A stretch of 64,000 nucleotides of DNA from a virus. The notes under the pieces were generated by a model. The model saw only the letters and a list, made by a program, of their open reading frames with translations, had not been told where the DNA came from and searched no databases. Below, in pieces: positions 54,754 through 63,143 of this stretch. The DNA lies in the IMG/VR virus record IMGVR_UViG_3300029267_002727, positions 1 through 64,000 of that record. One strand, 5' to 3'. Position 1 is the first letter of the stretch. Each line of letters starts with the position of its first letter. The translations under genes and the position numbers were made by a program.

Positions 54754-54941
54754 GCGACCGCGCCGTAGTCCGCGCCAACCCCCGCTCCAAGACAGTCAAG
54801 GGCGGGGAAGAGATAACCATCCTTGAAATCAGGTATACCGAGGTCACGGCGCAGGTACACAACCTGCCCGCGGGCAAAATAGGACAACGTCGTATCCTCC
54901 GGGAGGATGTTGTCATACCCGAGCAGCTTCAACTGCTCTAA
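54744..54941 (+). CDS. Hypothetical protein
   Basis: GTG after GAGGTG. Confidence 0.5.
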   Translation: MQVGDRAVVRANPRSKTVKGGEEITILEIRYTEVTAQVHNLPAGKIGQRRILREDVVIPEQLQLL

Positions 54942-54951
54942 GGAGGTCATC

Positions 54952-55215
54952 ATGGCCAGGCGCAAACAGTGCCCGCGTTGCGGGAAGAGACCGCGCCTGT
55001 ATGGCGATGGCCACTGGTGCCGTAAGTGTACCTCAGACCACAGTGCGTTGATCGCCGAGCTCGTGGGTTACGTAGTGATGGGGCGAGCCGTGGGTCATCG
55101 TGGCACCGCGCAATGGGAACAAGAACTGCTTCAAGAATTGGCTATTGCACCAAGCGACATGTGGAGTATCGTATCCGCGGCCCAAGAAGCAACGGGCCTA
55201 TACCCTACCTATTAA
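54952..55215 (+). CDS. Zinc-finger hypothetical protein
   Basis: CPRC...WCRKC. Confidence 0.55.
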   Translation: MARRKQCPRCGKRPRLYGDGHWCRKCTSDHSALIAELVGYVVMGRAVGHRGTAQWEQELLQELAIAPSDMWSIVSAAQEATGLYPTY

Positions 55216-55225
55216 GGAGAAACAA

Positions 55226-55840
55226 ATGTCTTACCAGAATCTCACGGCCAGTGTCCAGATGTTGAGTGTGACGCAAGGATTCGCAGCTTTCTCGCAGAGC
55301 GGAGACAAGCAGATCCCCATGATGTTGCAGGCCGGCACCGACAAGATGGCGTCGTTCTTCAAGAGCCTGGAGAAGGGCGACGTGGTCCTGATCTCCGGCA
55401 GCCGCATCGAAGGCGTGAGCCAGGGGACGTCCACAGAGTTTTATAAGGTCACGGTCTTTCAGGCCGTGAAGATGGGACGAAATAGCGACGTCAGTGTCGC
55501 GCAGGTTGTGCTGGAAGGCAACCTGGGATCCGATCCCCGGCTGAACACGACGGGCAAAGGAACGCCCGTCTGCAATTTCAGCATGAACGCCGACGATGCG
55601 TGGTTCTCAGTCACGGCGTGGGGGAACACCGCCAACGCTGCGGGCAAGTTCCTGAGCAAGGGCTCCCGTGTGCTCGTTGCGGGGCCACTTCAGCCCGTTG
55701 AGAAATACAAGTCAAACGGCGAGACCCGCATCAACGCCAAGGTTACCGGGTTCCGCGTGATCTTCCTGGATCCTCGCAAGAGCAGTCCGCAGACCGCGCC
55801 GCAGGCCCCGCAGGATGACGGTGAGGAGATCCCCTTCTAA
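55226..55840 (+). CDS. ssb: Single-stranded DNA-binding protein with probable tandem OB folds
   Basis: VVLEGNLGSDP...G.PV.NFS...WF.V.AWG..A...LSKGSRVLV.G; acidic tail DDGEEIPF. Confidence 0.85.
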   Translation: MSYQNLTASVQMLSVTQGFAAFSQSGDKQIPMMLQAGTDKMASFFKSLEKGDVVLISGSRIEGVSQGTSTEFYKVTVFQAVKMGRNSDVSVAQVVLEGNLGSDPRLNTTGKGTPVCNFSMNADDAWFSVTAWGNTANAAGKFLSKGSRVLVAGPLQPVEKYKSNGETRINAKVTGFRVIFLDPRKSSPQTAPQAPQDDGEEIPF

Positions 55841-56190
55841 TGGCTATCGGAGACATAGGCTATTACCTGCACATTGGGGACTTCATAGAGTCGTCCAAGT
55901 ACGTTTTCCTGGGCGAGGTAGTCGAGGAAGGGCTCGTCGTGGATCTAGGACACATTGACACCGGCGAACAGTGCGAACTCGGACATGATGAATATGTCGT
56001 TGAAACCGAGGATCACGAATTGTGGTATCACCGCCCGCACGTTCTTGGCCCCTACACGGTTGAACAAGCGCGTAACCTACAGGATATCGCCGACAAGATA
56101 AACGGCCTGGTGGCCCACATCGAGGCCGCAAACATGGACTTGAAGCACTTCGGTGAGCAGCTTGACTCGAAAGCTGAGGAGTGGCTATAA
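55840..56190 (+). CDS. Hypothetical protein
   Basis: TAATG coupling. Confidence 0.55.
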   Translation: MAIGDIGYYLHIGDFIESSKYVFLGEVVEEGLVVDLGHIDTGEQCELGHDEYVVETEDHELWYHRPHVLGPYTVEQARNLQDIADKINGLVAHIEAANMDLKHFGEQLDSKAEEWL

Positions 56191-56411
56191 TGCGTGTCAG
56201 CGACAGCAGGATCCACGTAGCAGTCGGCGACCTGATGCTGCGCCCGGACGGATGGTGGCGCGTGACGGCGCTGATCCCCACGTACGCCCTGGAGATCGGC
56301 GGTGACGACTTTGACGGCGGAGTAGCGTGCGAACGCGAGTTCCGGCCGCCGCCCGTCGGCACCAAGTACATCGAGCGCCTCGGCGAGACGCAAGTCAAGA
56401 CCTGGAGGTAG
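56190..56411 (+). CDS. Hypothetical protein
   Basis: TAATG coupling. Confidence 0.5.
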   Translation: MRVSDSRIHVAVGDLMLRPDGWWRVTALIPTYALEIGGDDFDGGVACEREFRPPPVGTKYIERLGETQVKTWR

Positions 56412-56413
56412 TG

Positions 56414-56860
56414 ATGAAACACCTGCTGTATCAAGAGGAATATCCAACTGGCAAGGCATGCGAGTACTGCGCAGCCGGCGAGATCGGCGAGGATGGCTTC
56501 TGCGATCGCTGCGGGCGATATGTATCGCCAGGGGTAATCCATCTCTGCCCAATTTGTGGCCATGACATCGACACATATCACTGCTGCTACATGGATTGTG
56601 GCGAGGAACAGATCGTCTACCTGGGCCTTGACTCGAACTCGTCCAGGAACTACATCGCGTGGGACCAGGATGGGGACCTGTGGTACTTTGCGTACCGCGC
56701 CGACTATGACGTAGACAAATTGCTCAGATCATGCCCGCGCCCGATCAGCAGGAGCGAGGCGCAGGAGATTGTCGATGAGTACGAGCAGGAATGCCACCGC
56801 GAGATCGCTGCCCTCGAGGCCGAGATCGAGCGCCTCAATCGGGAGACGGCTCGTCTATAA
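56414..56860 (+). CDS. Cys-rich zinc-binding protein
   Basis: CEYC, CDRC, CPIC, CYMDC. Confidence 0.6.
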   Translation: MKHLLYQEEYPTGKACEYCAAGEIGEDGFCDRCGRYVSPGVIHLCPICGHDIDTYHCCYMDCGEEQIVYLGLDSNSSRNYIAWDQDGDLWYFAYRADYDVDKLLRSCPRPISRSEAQEIVDEYEQECHREIAALEAEIERLNRETARL

Positions 56861-57437
56861 TCTCCCCATCGAAAGTGTCGCCCTTCTTGAAGGTGACGGT
56901 GTCCCCGGACGGAGTGGTTGCCGTCACCTTCGAGAAGGCGAGTCCGGGGAATTGGGGAGGCGGCTTGCTTGCCTCCTCTTCCTGTAACAGAATTGCGCTC
57001 TCCTCCGGAAGAACGCCGAAGGTGGCAACCTGAAGAAGAAGTTCCATTGCCCTGGCGATATCCCTGGGGTAAGGGATAACGTTCTTGTCGCCAACCTGCC
57101 GTACTTCGCCCCGGGCAATGGCGGCCAGCATGGGCACCCCCTCGAAGACCGCATCGCGAGCCTGGCGCTGAACCTCCACGGACGCGCCGACCTGCGACAG
57201 CAGGAACTCGGAATGTCTTCGGCGCATGATCGCAGCAGCACGATCCGCTGCGACTCCCTGCACCTCCTCCACTTCGTCCTCGAATGCATCGCGCCATCGG
57301 TAATAAGTGGAGGTGGGGACGCCCGCGTTGGACATCGCCTTGGTAATCGGCGTCTGGTTCAGGTAGTAGTCGATGAACCCGGCCTCGAGACGGTCCCTTT
57401 CTTGGGACTCCAAACTTTTTTTTGCAGAGATTCCCAC
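56835..57437 (-). CDS. HTH protein, terminase small subunit-like
   Basis: ITKAMSNAGVPTSTYYRWR HTH followed by helical region; own promoter and GGGAGG RBS; lone minus-strand gene in the arm. Confidence 0.55.
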   Translation of the reverse strand: MGISAKKSLESQERDRLEAGFIDYYLNQTPITKAMSNAGVPTSTYYRWRDAFEDEVEEVQGVAADRAAAIMRRRHSEFLLSQVGASVEVQRQARDAVFEGVPMLAAIARGEVRQVGDKNVIPYPRDIARAMELLLQVATFGVLPEESAILLQEEEASKPPPQFPGLAFSKVTATTPSGDTVTFKKGDTFDGEIIDEPSPD

Positions 57438-57456
57438 GTGTACGCCTCCCACGACA

Positions 57457-57495
57457 ATTATAGCGCACTTAACACCGTGCGTCAAGGTGTGAATT
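57457..57495 (-). promoter_or_regulatory. sigma70-type promoter TTGACG-17-TATAAT
   Basis: Consensus hexamers upstream of the HTH gene. Confidence 0.75.
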
Positions 57496-57530
57496 GGGGG
57501 GTTGACAGGCGTCAAGCGATATGCTAAAAT
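57488..57530 (+). promoter_or_regulatory. sigma70-type promoter TGTGAATTGG-GGGG-TTGACA-17-TAAAAT
   Basis: Consensus hexamers, extended -10; TTGAC-N4-GTCAA palindrome over the -35. Confidence 0.8.
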
Positions 57531-57550
57531 AAGACACAGGAGGACAAAGC

Positions 57551-57811
57551 ATGAAAGTCTACACAGTCATCAAGTCGTGCGCCCACTACGTCGAGCTCGT
57601 CCAAGTGTTTAGAGACCATGCGGACGCAGCGAACGCCTACCGCCAGCAACAGCGCCTCATCCTCGAAGCCGCCGGGGTTCGCACCATGGGGCAGCTTCGC
57701 GAACTGACGGCAGATGAGTTAGAAGACTTGATCTGGGAAGAGTACTACGACCTGGACTGGGACGACGGCAGCCCCAGCATCGTCTCCTGGTACACAGCGG
57801 AGTTGGAGTGA
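57551..57811 (+). CDS. Hypothetical protein
   Basis: AGGAGG RBS. Confidence 0.6.
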   Translation: MKVYTVIKSCAHYVELVQVFRDHADAANAYRQQQRLILEAAGVRTMGQLRELTADELEDLIWEEYYDLDWDDGSPSIVSWYTAELE

Positions 57812-58101
57812 TGGGCTTTGTCTACCTCCTCCACTTCGATAAGCGCATCGGCGACCTCAACAACCCACGGGGACAAGCGCAGCATTACATCGGGTACGCC
57901 GAGAATGTCCCCGCACGAATGAAACGACATAGGGAAGGTAACGGGGCCAAGATTATGGCCTTCTTAGCCCGAGAGGGCATCGGGTTTACCCTGGTGAGGG
58001 TGTGGATCGGAGACAAGGATCTCGAGAAGAGGCTAAAGCGCCAGCACAACGCAAGGCGCTTTTGCCCTATCTGTAGGAGGGAACATGGCACGCAGGCTTA
58101 G
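57808..58101 (+). CDS. GIY-YIG nuclease family protein
   Basis: FVYLL...HYIG....RM..H..G.GAK...E..LK. Confidence 0.8.
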   Translation: MMGFVYLLHFDKRIGDLNNPRGQAQHYIGYAENVPARMKRHREGNGAKIMAFLAREGIGFTLVRVWIGDKDLEKRLKRQHNARRFCPICRREHGTQA

Positions 58102-58387
58102 AGAAGATGGGCTAGAAGTACTCATCGACACGATCCGTGACCTAGAGCGGTTCATTCCCTACGGCGTAGAGGCCGTTTCCACATTCACGGGCATGGAGCC
58201 CATCGTGTGGCTAGAGAATACCACATTCTGGGAGTTGTTCCCGGACGCCGGGTGGGACTGCTCTGAGAAGCAAGAGGATGGGACTATCGTGTGGAGTTGG
58301 GAGTATAGCGGGGTTACGTTCATGACAATGCTGGGGACAGAACGGGAGCCCGAGTACGAGCCGCATGAAAGTGTGAGGTGGCATTGA
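58085..58387 (+). CDS. Hypothetical protein
   Basis: AGGAGG RBS. Confidence 0.55.
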   Translation: MARRLREDGLEVLIDTIRDLERFIPYGVEAVSTFTGMEPIVWLENTTFWELFPDAGWDCSEKQEDGTIVWSWEYSGVTFMTMLGTEREPEYEPHESVRWH

Positions 58388-58539
58388 TGGGTAAACGTAA
58401 GAGCAGGCGCAAGAAAAAGCGACAGAAAGAGCGCGCCAAGAAGAAAGAGCCACTGGGCGTGGCGCTCAAGAGGCGCAAGAGAGAGTTAGCCGAAAGAGAC
58501 CCGGTCTCTCATAGCACTACGGTGTATCGGAGGGCCTAA
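58387..58539 (+). CDS. Arg/Lys-rich peptide (50 aa, not in the ORF track)
   Basis: MGKRKSRRKKKRQKERAKKKEPLGVALKRRKRELAERDPVSHSTTVYRRA; coupled on both sides. Confidence 0.6.
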   Translation: MGKRKSRRKKKRQKERAKKKEPLGVALKRRKRELAERDPVSHSTTVYRRA

Positions 58540-58796
58540 TGAAGAGCAAAATGGGAAAGTTTGAGCCGGTCGAGCTCCTGGTGGATGGGCAAACGTACCT
58601 GCGGCTCGGAAATGAGCCGGACCACGTGTACATTGGCCCATTTGATGAAGGGGATGTGCACATTCGCCATGGGATACTGTACATGGGGCCCCAACAGGTC
58701 GGGTGGATCGACTATGATGAGCCATACATGGTGTTCCGGGTGAGCGGCGAAAGGTTCTATGCCGATACCCTGGACGTCGTTACGGCCCATTTCTAG
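58539..58796 (+). CDS. Paralogue family B, member 1
   Basis: FE.VE.L..G..YLR...IGPFD. Confidence 0.6.
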   Translation: MKSKMGKFEPVELLVDGQTYLRLGNEPDHVYIGPFDEGDVHIRHGILYMGPQQVGWIDYDEPYMVFRVSGERFYADTLDVVTAHF

Positions 58797-58805
58797 GAGG
58801 AGAGC

Positions 58806-59078
58806 ATGAACAAGTTCGAGTCGGTCGAGTTCTTGGAGCCTGGGCACACATACCTGCGGCTGGTGCGCCGGACGTGGCGCGCAGATGATACAGAAGAATT
58901 TATCGGCCCATTCGATCCACGCCTCACTCTCAATGGGTCCTTGCTGTATATGGGCGATGTATATGTGGGGGGAATGCGTGAGGACGCAGGGGGCTGGATG
59001 ATCGAAGTAGGCGGGAAGCTCTGGGAATACGATATTGTAGAGGTCGTCACCATTCCGCATGGCGGCTGGGATGACTAG
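58806..59078 (+). CDS. Paralogue family B, member 2
   Basis: FESVEFLEPG.TYLR...IGPFD. Confidence 0.6.
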   Translation: MNKFESVEFLEPGHTYLRLVRRTWRADDTEEFIGPFDPRLTLNGSLLYMGDVYVGGMREDAGGWMIEVGGKLWEYDIVEVVTIPHGGWDD

Positions 59079-59087
59079 GAGGAGGAC

Positions 59088-59426
59088 ATGAGAGAGTTTG
59101 TGTCAGCCAAGTTCTTGGAGCCCGGACGCCCGTACATTCGCGCAGAGCGCGCGGGCTTTGTGGGAAGCAGAGAAGACCGCGCTGTCGTCATCGGGCCATT
59201 CGATCACTGCATGGTCACAATCGACCGCGAGCTCCTGCTAGTTGGGTTTGTTGCCGTGGCCCGCATGACCGACGAGCGCACCTGGCTCATCGACGTGGAC
59301 GGCGAGGTGGACGAGTTCGATTTCATAGAGACCTTCCTGGCCCCCATCAGCCGGGGCGCTCGTATTGGCGACTGGGAAGGCTATTTGCAATCGTGCGCAG
59401 ACCACGATCACGCACTAGGGAGGTAA
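59088..59426 (+). CDS. Paralogue family B, member 3
   Basis: F.SAKFLEPG.PYIR...IGPFD. Confidence 0.6.
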   Translation: MREFVSAKFLEPGRPYIRAERAGFVGSREDRAVVIGPFDHCMVTIDRELLLVGFVAVARMTDERTWLIDVDGEVDEFDFIETFLAPISRGARIGDWEGYLQSCADHDHALGR

Positions 59427-59432
59427 AGACTG

Positions 59433-60032
59433 ATGATTACGATCGAAGACCTAACGAGAGAACTGGACCGACTCGAGAGCGAGGCGTACGGACTGAGCCT
59501 GGACGCAACGCCGGATGAGTGCGATGTCATCTTCATCAAGGCCGACAACCTCTTCAGCGCCGTGGAGGAATACTTTGGAGTGAGCTATTGGAACCCAGGC
59601 GAGCCCTGGTGTACCAATAGCCAGTTCAAGATCCCGGTGACTTCCACGGATGCGGGGAATAACGGCGGCCTGCGCACCTACGAAGAGGACAGGGCAGAGC
59701 GAGAAGCCTACGATGCCGGCATCACCGAGCCGCTGCTTGACCACAACTTGTATTGGGCTCGCTTGCGCCTGGCCCAGGCCCACGACCTGATCGAGGACGG
59801 GTGGCAAAGTGCCGGCGAGGACTACGACGAGGTGAAGTTCGCGTGGGCTGGCGGCGAGTTTGCCCGGAACGACCTGCCGGAGTACTGCACATTCGCGACG
59901 GACGAGCAGATGGAGGAGATTGCGCGGCTGGCGGACGAGATCATGGAGAACGCCGGGCACCACTCTAGCGCAGTCCTGGAGTGCGCCGCCTACAACGTGA
60001 TTGGCCACGAACTGGAAGATTTGGAGGTCTAA
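59433..60032 (+). CDS. Highly acidic hypothetical protein
   Basis: GGAGGT RBS. Confidence 0.6.
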   Translation: MITIEDLTRELDRLESEAYGLSLDATPDECDVIFIKADNLFSAVEEYFGVSYWNPGEPWCTNSQFKIPVTSTDAGNNGGLRTYEEDRAEREAYDAGITEPLLDHNLYWARLRLAQAHDLIEDGWQSAGEDYDEVKFAWAGGEFARNDLPEYCTFATDEQMEEIARLADEIMENAGHHSSAVLECAAYNVIGHELEDLEV

Positions 60033-60256
60033 TGGCATACGAGGATTCCGTAACTCACACAAACGTCTTCACTCACTATGAGCCTGGCGACCTGGTCGTG
60101 GCGTCATCGACACGCAGCCCGCTAGAGCGTGGTACCGTGTACGAGGTTCGGTGCTTTGTACCACCGTCACCCGGCGAGGATCACGGAGGCACGGTCTTTC
60201 TCGAAGGTGTTCGGTGGGGACAGAATGCCGAGTATGTGCGCCTACAGGAGGCCTAA
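60032..60256 (+). CDS. Hypothetical (SH3-like) protein
   Basis: YEPGDLVV...G.VYEV. Confidence 0.5.
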   Translation: MAYEDSVTHTNVFTHYEPGDLVVASSTRSPLERGTVYEVRCFVPPSPGEDHGGTVFLEGVRWGQNAEYVRLQEA

Positions 60257-61053
60257 TGAACAACATTACGCTGCGCACCAAACTGAGCGATCGCAGTGAG
60301 CAGGCCCCGCTCTTTGAGTGGGATGCCTACAAGGTGTGGAAGGCAGAAGTTGACTACCTGATGAACGAGAAGGGGATGTCGGAGGAGGACGCGCAAGATC
60401 AGGCATCTCATCACGACTGGGACCTGGAGGAGAGGGAGTGGCGCTGGCTGTGCGAGTGCGTCGAGGAGTGGATGGCAGACAACGACTTCTACCACTTCTA
60501 CATGGAAGTGGGTAACGTCGGGTGGCGCAAGCTCCATGGCAATACCACGTTTGCCGTAGACACCGGCGCACAGTTCCTTCGCAAGGTTGCGGCCATGGAT
60601 CAATATGACCGCATCACCCTGTACGAGAGCGGCAAGCCGGGCGACGATAACTACTACCTGTATGGCACTGTCAGTGAACACGACGGCACTGGCAGCCGGC
60701 AGGTCTACCCTGTTCCCGGGTGCTGGATCTGCGGCGAGCCCATTGCGCCTGGCGACGAAGGCTCGTTCGATGGCGGAGTGTGCCACAAGGACTGCGCGTA
60801 CGCCGAGTTCGATGCCCTGATACAAAAGGAGCAGTACTACGAGTTCGACGAACTGCTCGCTGCGGCCATCGAGGCGTGCCCGGATCACACATACTCTAGC
60901 TATCAGGATCTGACGCGCGCGCTGTTCGAGTACGGGTACGACTGGACGGACGACCTGTATGAATTTGCTGAGGAGCACAGGTTGTTCCCGCAGGCCGTGA
61001 TCGACGCGGCCCGCGCAGCCATGAAAGAATTGGAGGCGAAATGGCGAGCCTGA
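60256..61053 (+). CDS. Acidic protein with zinc finger
   Basis: CWIC...CHKDC. Confidence 0.6.
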   Translation: MNNITLRTKLSDRSEQAPLFEWDAYKVWKAEVDYLMNEKGMSEEDAQDQASHHDWDLEEREWRWLCECVEEWMADNDFYHFYMEVGNVGWRKLHGNTTFAVDTGAQFLRKVAAMDQYDRITLYESGKPGDDNYYLYGTVSEHDGTGSRQVYPVPGCWICGEPIAPGDEGSFDGGVCHKDCAYAEFDALIQKEQYYEFDELLAAAIEACPDHTYSSYQDLTRALFEYGYDWTDDLYEFAEEHRLFPQAVIDAARAAMKELEAKWRA

Positions 61054-61346
61054 GAGATTCTGTAACAGAAAAGATCCTTGCGGTGAAAGTCAGCCCAATG
61101 TTTATGGCGATTCTGGATTGCCTGCTGGACGTGGAGCCCCGGCGCACCGACCCCGGCCTTGTATCCCTGGTGATCACGAGCGACGGAGGATTGCTCGGAC
61201 AGCAAGCCGACCACGTGGGCTACAACGACTTCCTCGGCAGCAAGTCCGATCTGTACTACAATATCGACGGCATATCCGAGGTCGCGGAACTCACGAACGA
61301 AGAGTACGACTGGCTCCAAGAACGCGTGGAGGCGCTGTGCCGATGA
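61041..61346 (+). CDS. Hypothetical protein
   Basis: GGAGG RBS. Confidence 0.6.
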   Translation: MASLRDSVTEKILAVKVSPMFMAILDCLLDVEPRRTDPGLVSLVITSDGGLLGQQADHVGYNDFLGSKSDLYYNIDGISEVAELTNEEYDWLQERVEALCR

Positions 61347-61828
61347 AATATTTTGTCAGCCGACAGAGCTACTGGGGAGAGGAAGAACCCCTGGTCGTGG
61401 AGATCGCCCAGGGTGGCTGCGACTTCGCGGGCTCCGATATGCTCGCAGACGGACCCGAGTTCCGCAAGCTCGGAAGCTGTGAGGAGTACACCGACCCGCG
61501 CGAGGCATTGGCGGCAGCGTTTCGCATCAAAGAGGCATGGGAGCACATGCTCTACCTGGACGGGGATCACGATCCCGTACGCATCGAGACCGGATTCACC
61601 GCCGGATTCACCATGCCGTTCACCAGCTACCCCTCCGACGACGATCTCAGGAAGTGGGCACAAGAAGAGTGGGACAAGCTGCCCAAGTGCGACTGGTGTG
61701 GCGAAGCAATCACCGGTGACGCGTGGATGCTCTGGGAGTATGTAGACTCCAAGTTCTGCTCTCAGTACTGCGCCGACGAGTTCTGGGCAGATCAACAAGA
61801 GGAGGAAGAGGCCGATGACGAATTTTAA
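61343..61828 (+). CDS. Acidic protein with TRASH/YHS-like zinc finger
   Basis: CDWCG...FCSQYC. Confidence 0.6.
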   Translation: MKYFVSRQSYWGEEEPLVVEIAQGGCDFAGSDMLADGPEFRKLGSCEEYTDPREALAAAFRIKEAWEHMLYLDGDHDPVRIETGFTAGFTMPFTSYPSDDDLRKWAQEEWDKLPKCDWCGEAITGDAWMLWEYVDSKFCSQYCADEFWADQQEEEEADDEF

Positions 61829-62141
61829 GCAGGACGAAACCCATTTGTACGGACGAAAGTGGGTCGAGCTTTGCGATATCGTGCACGACCTGAAGAGCCA
61901 GGAGGCGAGCGCGATCAATAACGCCGGCAAAGAAGCCCAGATCGCGTACATTACCGGGCTGACCACAGACGATGTCGAGTACGTGATCCACCGGCTCCGG
62001 CTGATGGTGTATGAGCTAGGCGGCCCCGCCGAGCGGCGCCGGTCTGACGATCTCCTGGACAGCTTTGGACTGCTTAGCGACACGGTCACAAAGGCGCAAG
62101 CCGAGGCCCTGCGCGATCACCTGGAGATGATGGGCCGATGA
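61815..62141 (+). CDS. Hypothetical protein
   Basis: Operon packing. Confidence 0.55.
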   Translation: MTNFKQDETHLYGRKWVELCDIVHDLKSQEASAINNAGKEAQIAYITGLTTDDVEYVIHRLRLMVYELGGPAERRRSDDLLDSFGLLSDTVTKAQAEALRDHLEMMGR

Positions 62142-62308
62142 TCGTCGTGATGCACGCGACATACTGGACGATGAGCGCGGGCAGTGTAAAATGGCGACTG
62201 ACGCCGAAGCAGTTCCAGGACTGGCAGCGCCTCTTTATTGAGTCGCGCTGCGAGATGGGATGGTTTCAGGGCGGCATAGCATTCAGAGTGGGGGTGCAGA
62301 ATGTATAA
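62138..62308 (+). CDS. Hypothetical protein (56 aa, not in the ORF track)
   Basis: ATGA-coupled MIVVMHATYWTMSAG... fills the gap. Confidence 0.45.
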   Translation: MIVVMHATYWTMSAGSVKWRLTPKQFQDWQRLFIESRCEMGWFQGGIAFRVGVQNV

Positions 62309-62576
62309 CATCAAAACCGAGATCGACGCGCTCGATGAAAGGACTGGAGAGAACGGGGACCAGTACACCGACTCTGGCCAGGCGTGGGATCTCCTGAACT
62401 GGATTCGCGGCCAGTTCGTAGGCCTGCGACCGGCCACCGGGAAAGAGCTACACACAGCCCTGGAACAGTACGGCACAGACGACGTCCAGTTCGACAACGA
62501 CGCGATGGCATCGGACAACGATGAAGGCGGCGTGTGGGTGCAGGCGTGGGTGTACTTGCGCCCGGAGGAGGACTGA
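62301..62576 (+). CDS. Acidic hypothetical protein
   Basis: D..A..S....GVWVQAWVY motif. Confidence 0.55.
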   Translation: MYNIKTEIDALDERTGENGDQYTDSGQAWDLLNWIRGQFVGLRPATGKELHTALEQYGTDDVQFDNDAMASDNDEGGVWVQAWVYLRPEED

Positions 62577-62577
62577 C

Positions 62578-62883
62578 ATGCACGAATGGCTAGTTGAAAC
62601 AATAGACGCGGACGACCGCCCGGCAGGGCTGTGGCTAGTGGTGACGTATAATTACATCAGCGATCGATCAGCACTTGCCGACGCCATTCAGGCTGTCGCA
62701 TGCTTGCTCGGTGAATCTGACGCATGGAAAGAACGCTACGGCTACCCCGTCGAGTTTTCTGATCTTGCGGAACGCGCCACCCCTAGCACCCTGAATACAT
62801 GCGGCATCTTGCGAATCGAACGTACTTACCCGGCGCTCATCTACAATCACTATGAGCCCCTATCGGAACAGGAGGAACTCTAA
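62578..62883 (+). CDS. Hypothetical protein
   Basis: GGAGGAGG RBS. Confidence 0.55.
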   Translation: MHEWLVETIDADDRPAGLWLVVTYNYISDRSALADAIQAVACLLGESDAWKERYGYPVEFSDLAERATPSTLNTCGILRIERTYPALIYNHYEPLSEQEEL

Positions 62884-63143
62884 TGGCCACCGTTGTCAAT
62901 CCGTTTGGTGAAGAGTACGAAGCAAGCCGCGTCCTGGTTCAGCGCACAGTGACCATGCTCATCGAGGCTGTCGTAGACCTGGACGATGACAGCCCGGAGC
63001 CCTGGACTGAAGACGAGGACATCTCAGAAGAAGTAAATGATCAGGTCTCCCGCGCCCTGAGATACGCACGAGCCGCCGTGCCGCACTTCCAGATCGAGGT
63101 GTACAGCACCGACGATCAGACCGTGGAGGCGGTCGATGGCTAA
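62883..63143 (+). CDS. Acidic hypothetical protein
   Basis: TAATG coupling. Confidence 0.55.
   Translation: MATVVNPFGEEYEASRVLVQRTVTMLIEAVVDLDDDSPEPWTEDEDISEEVNDQVSRALRYARAAVPHFQIEVYSTDDQTVEAVDG

Noticed and set aside
57808-58101. GIY-YIG gene as an intron-encoded homing endonuclease
   Set aside because: It is a short stand-alone domain with no DNA-binding extension and no interrupted flanking gene.
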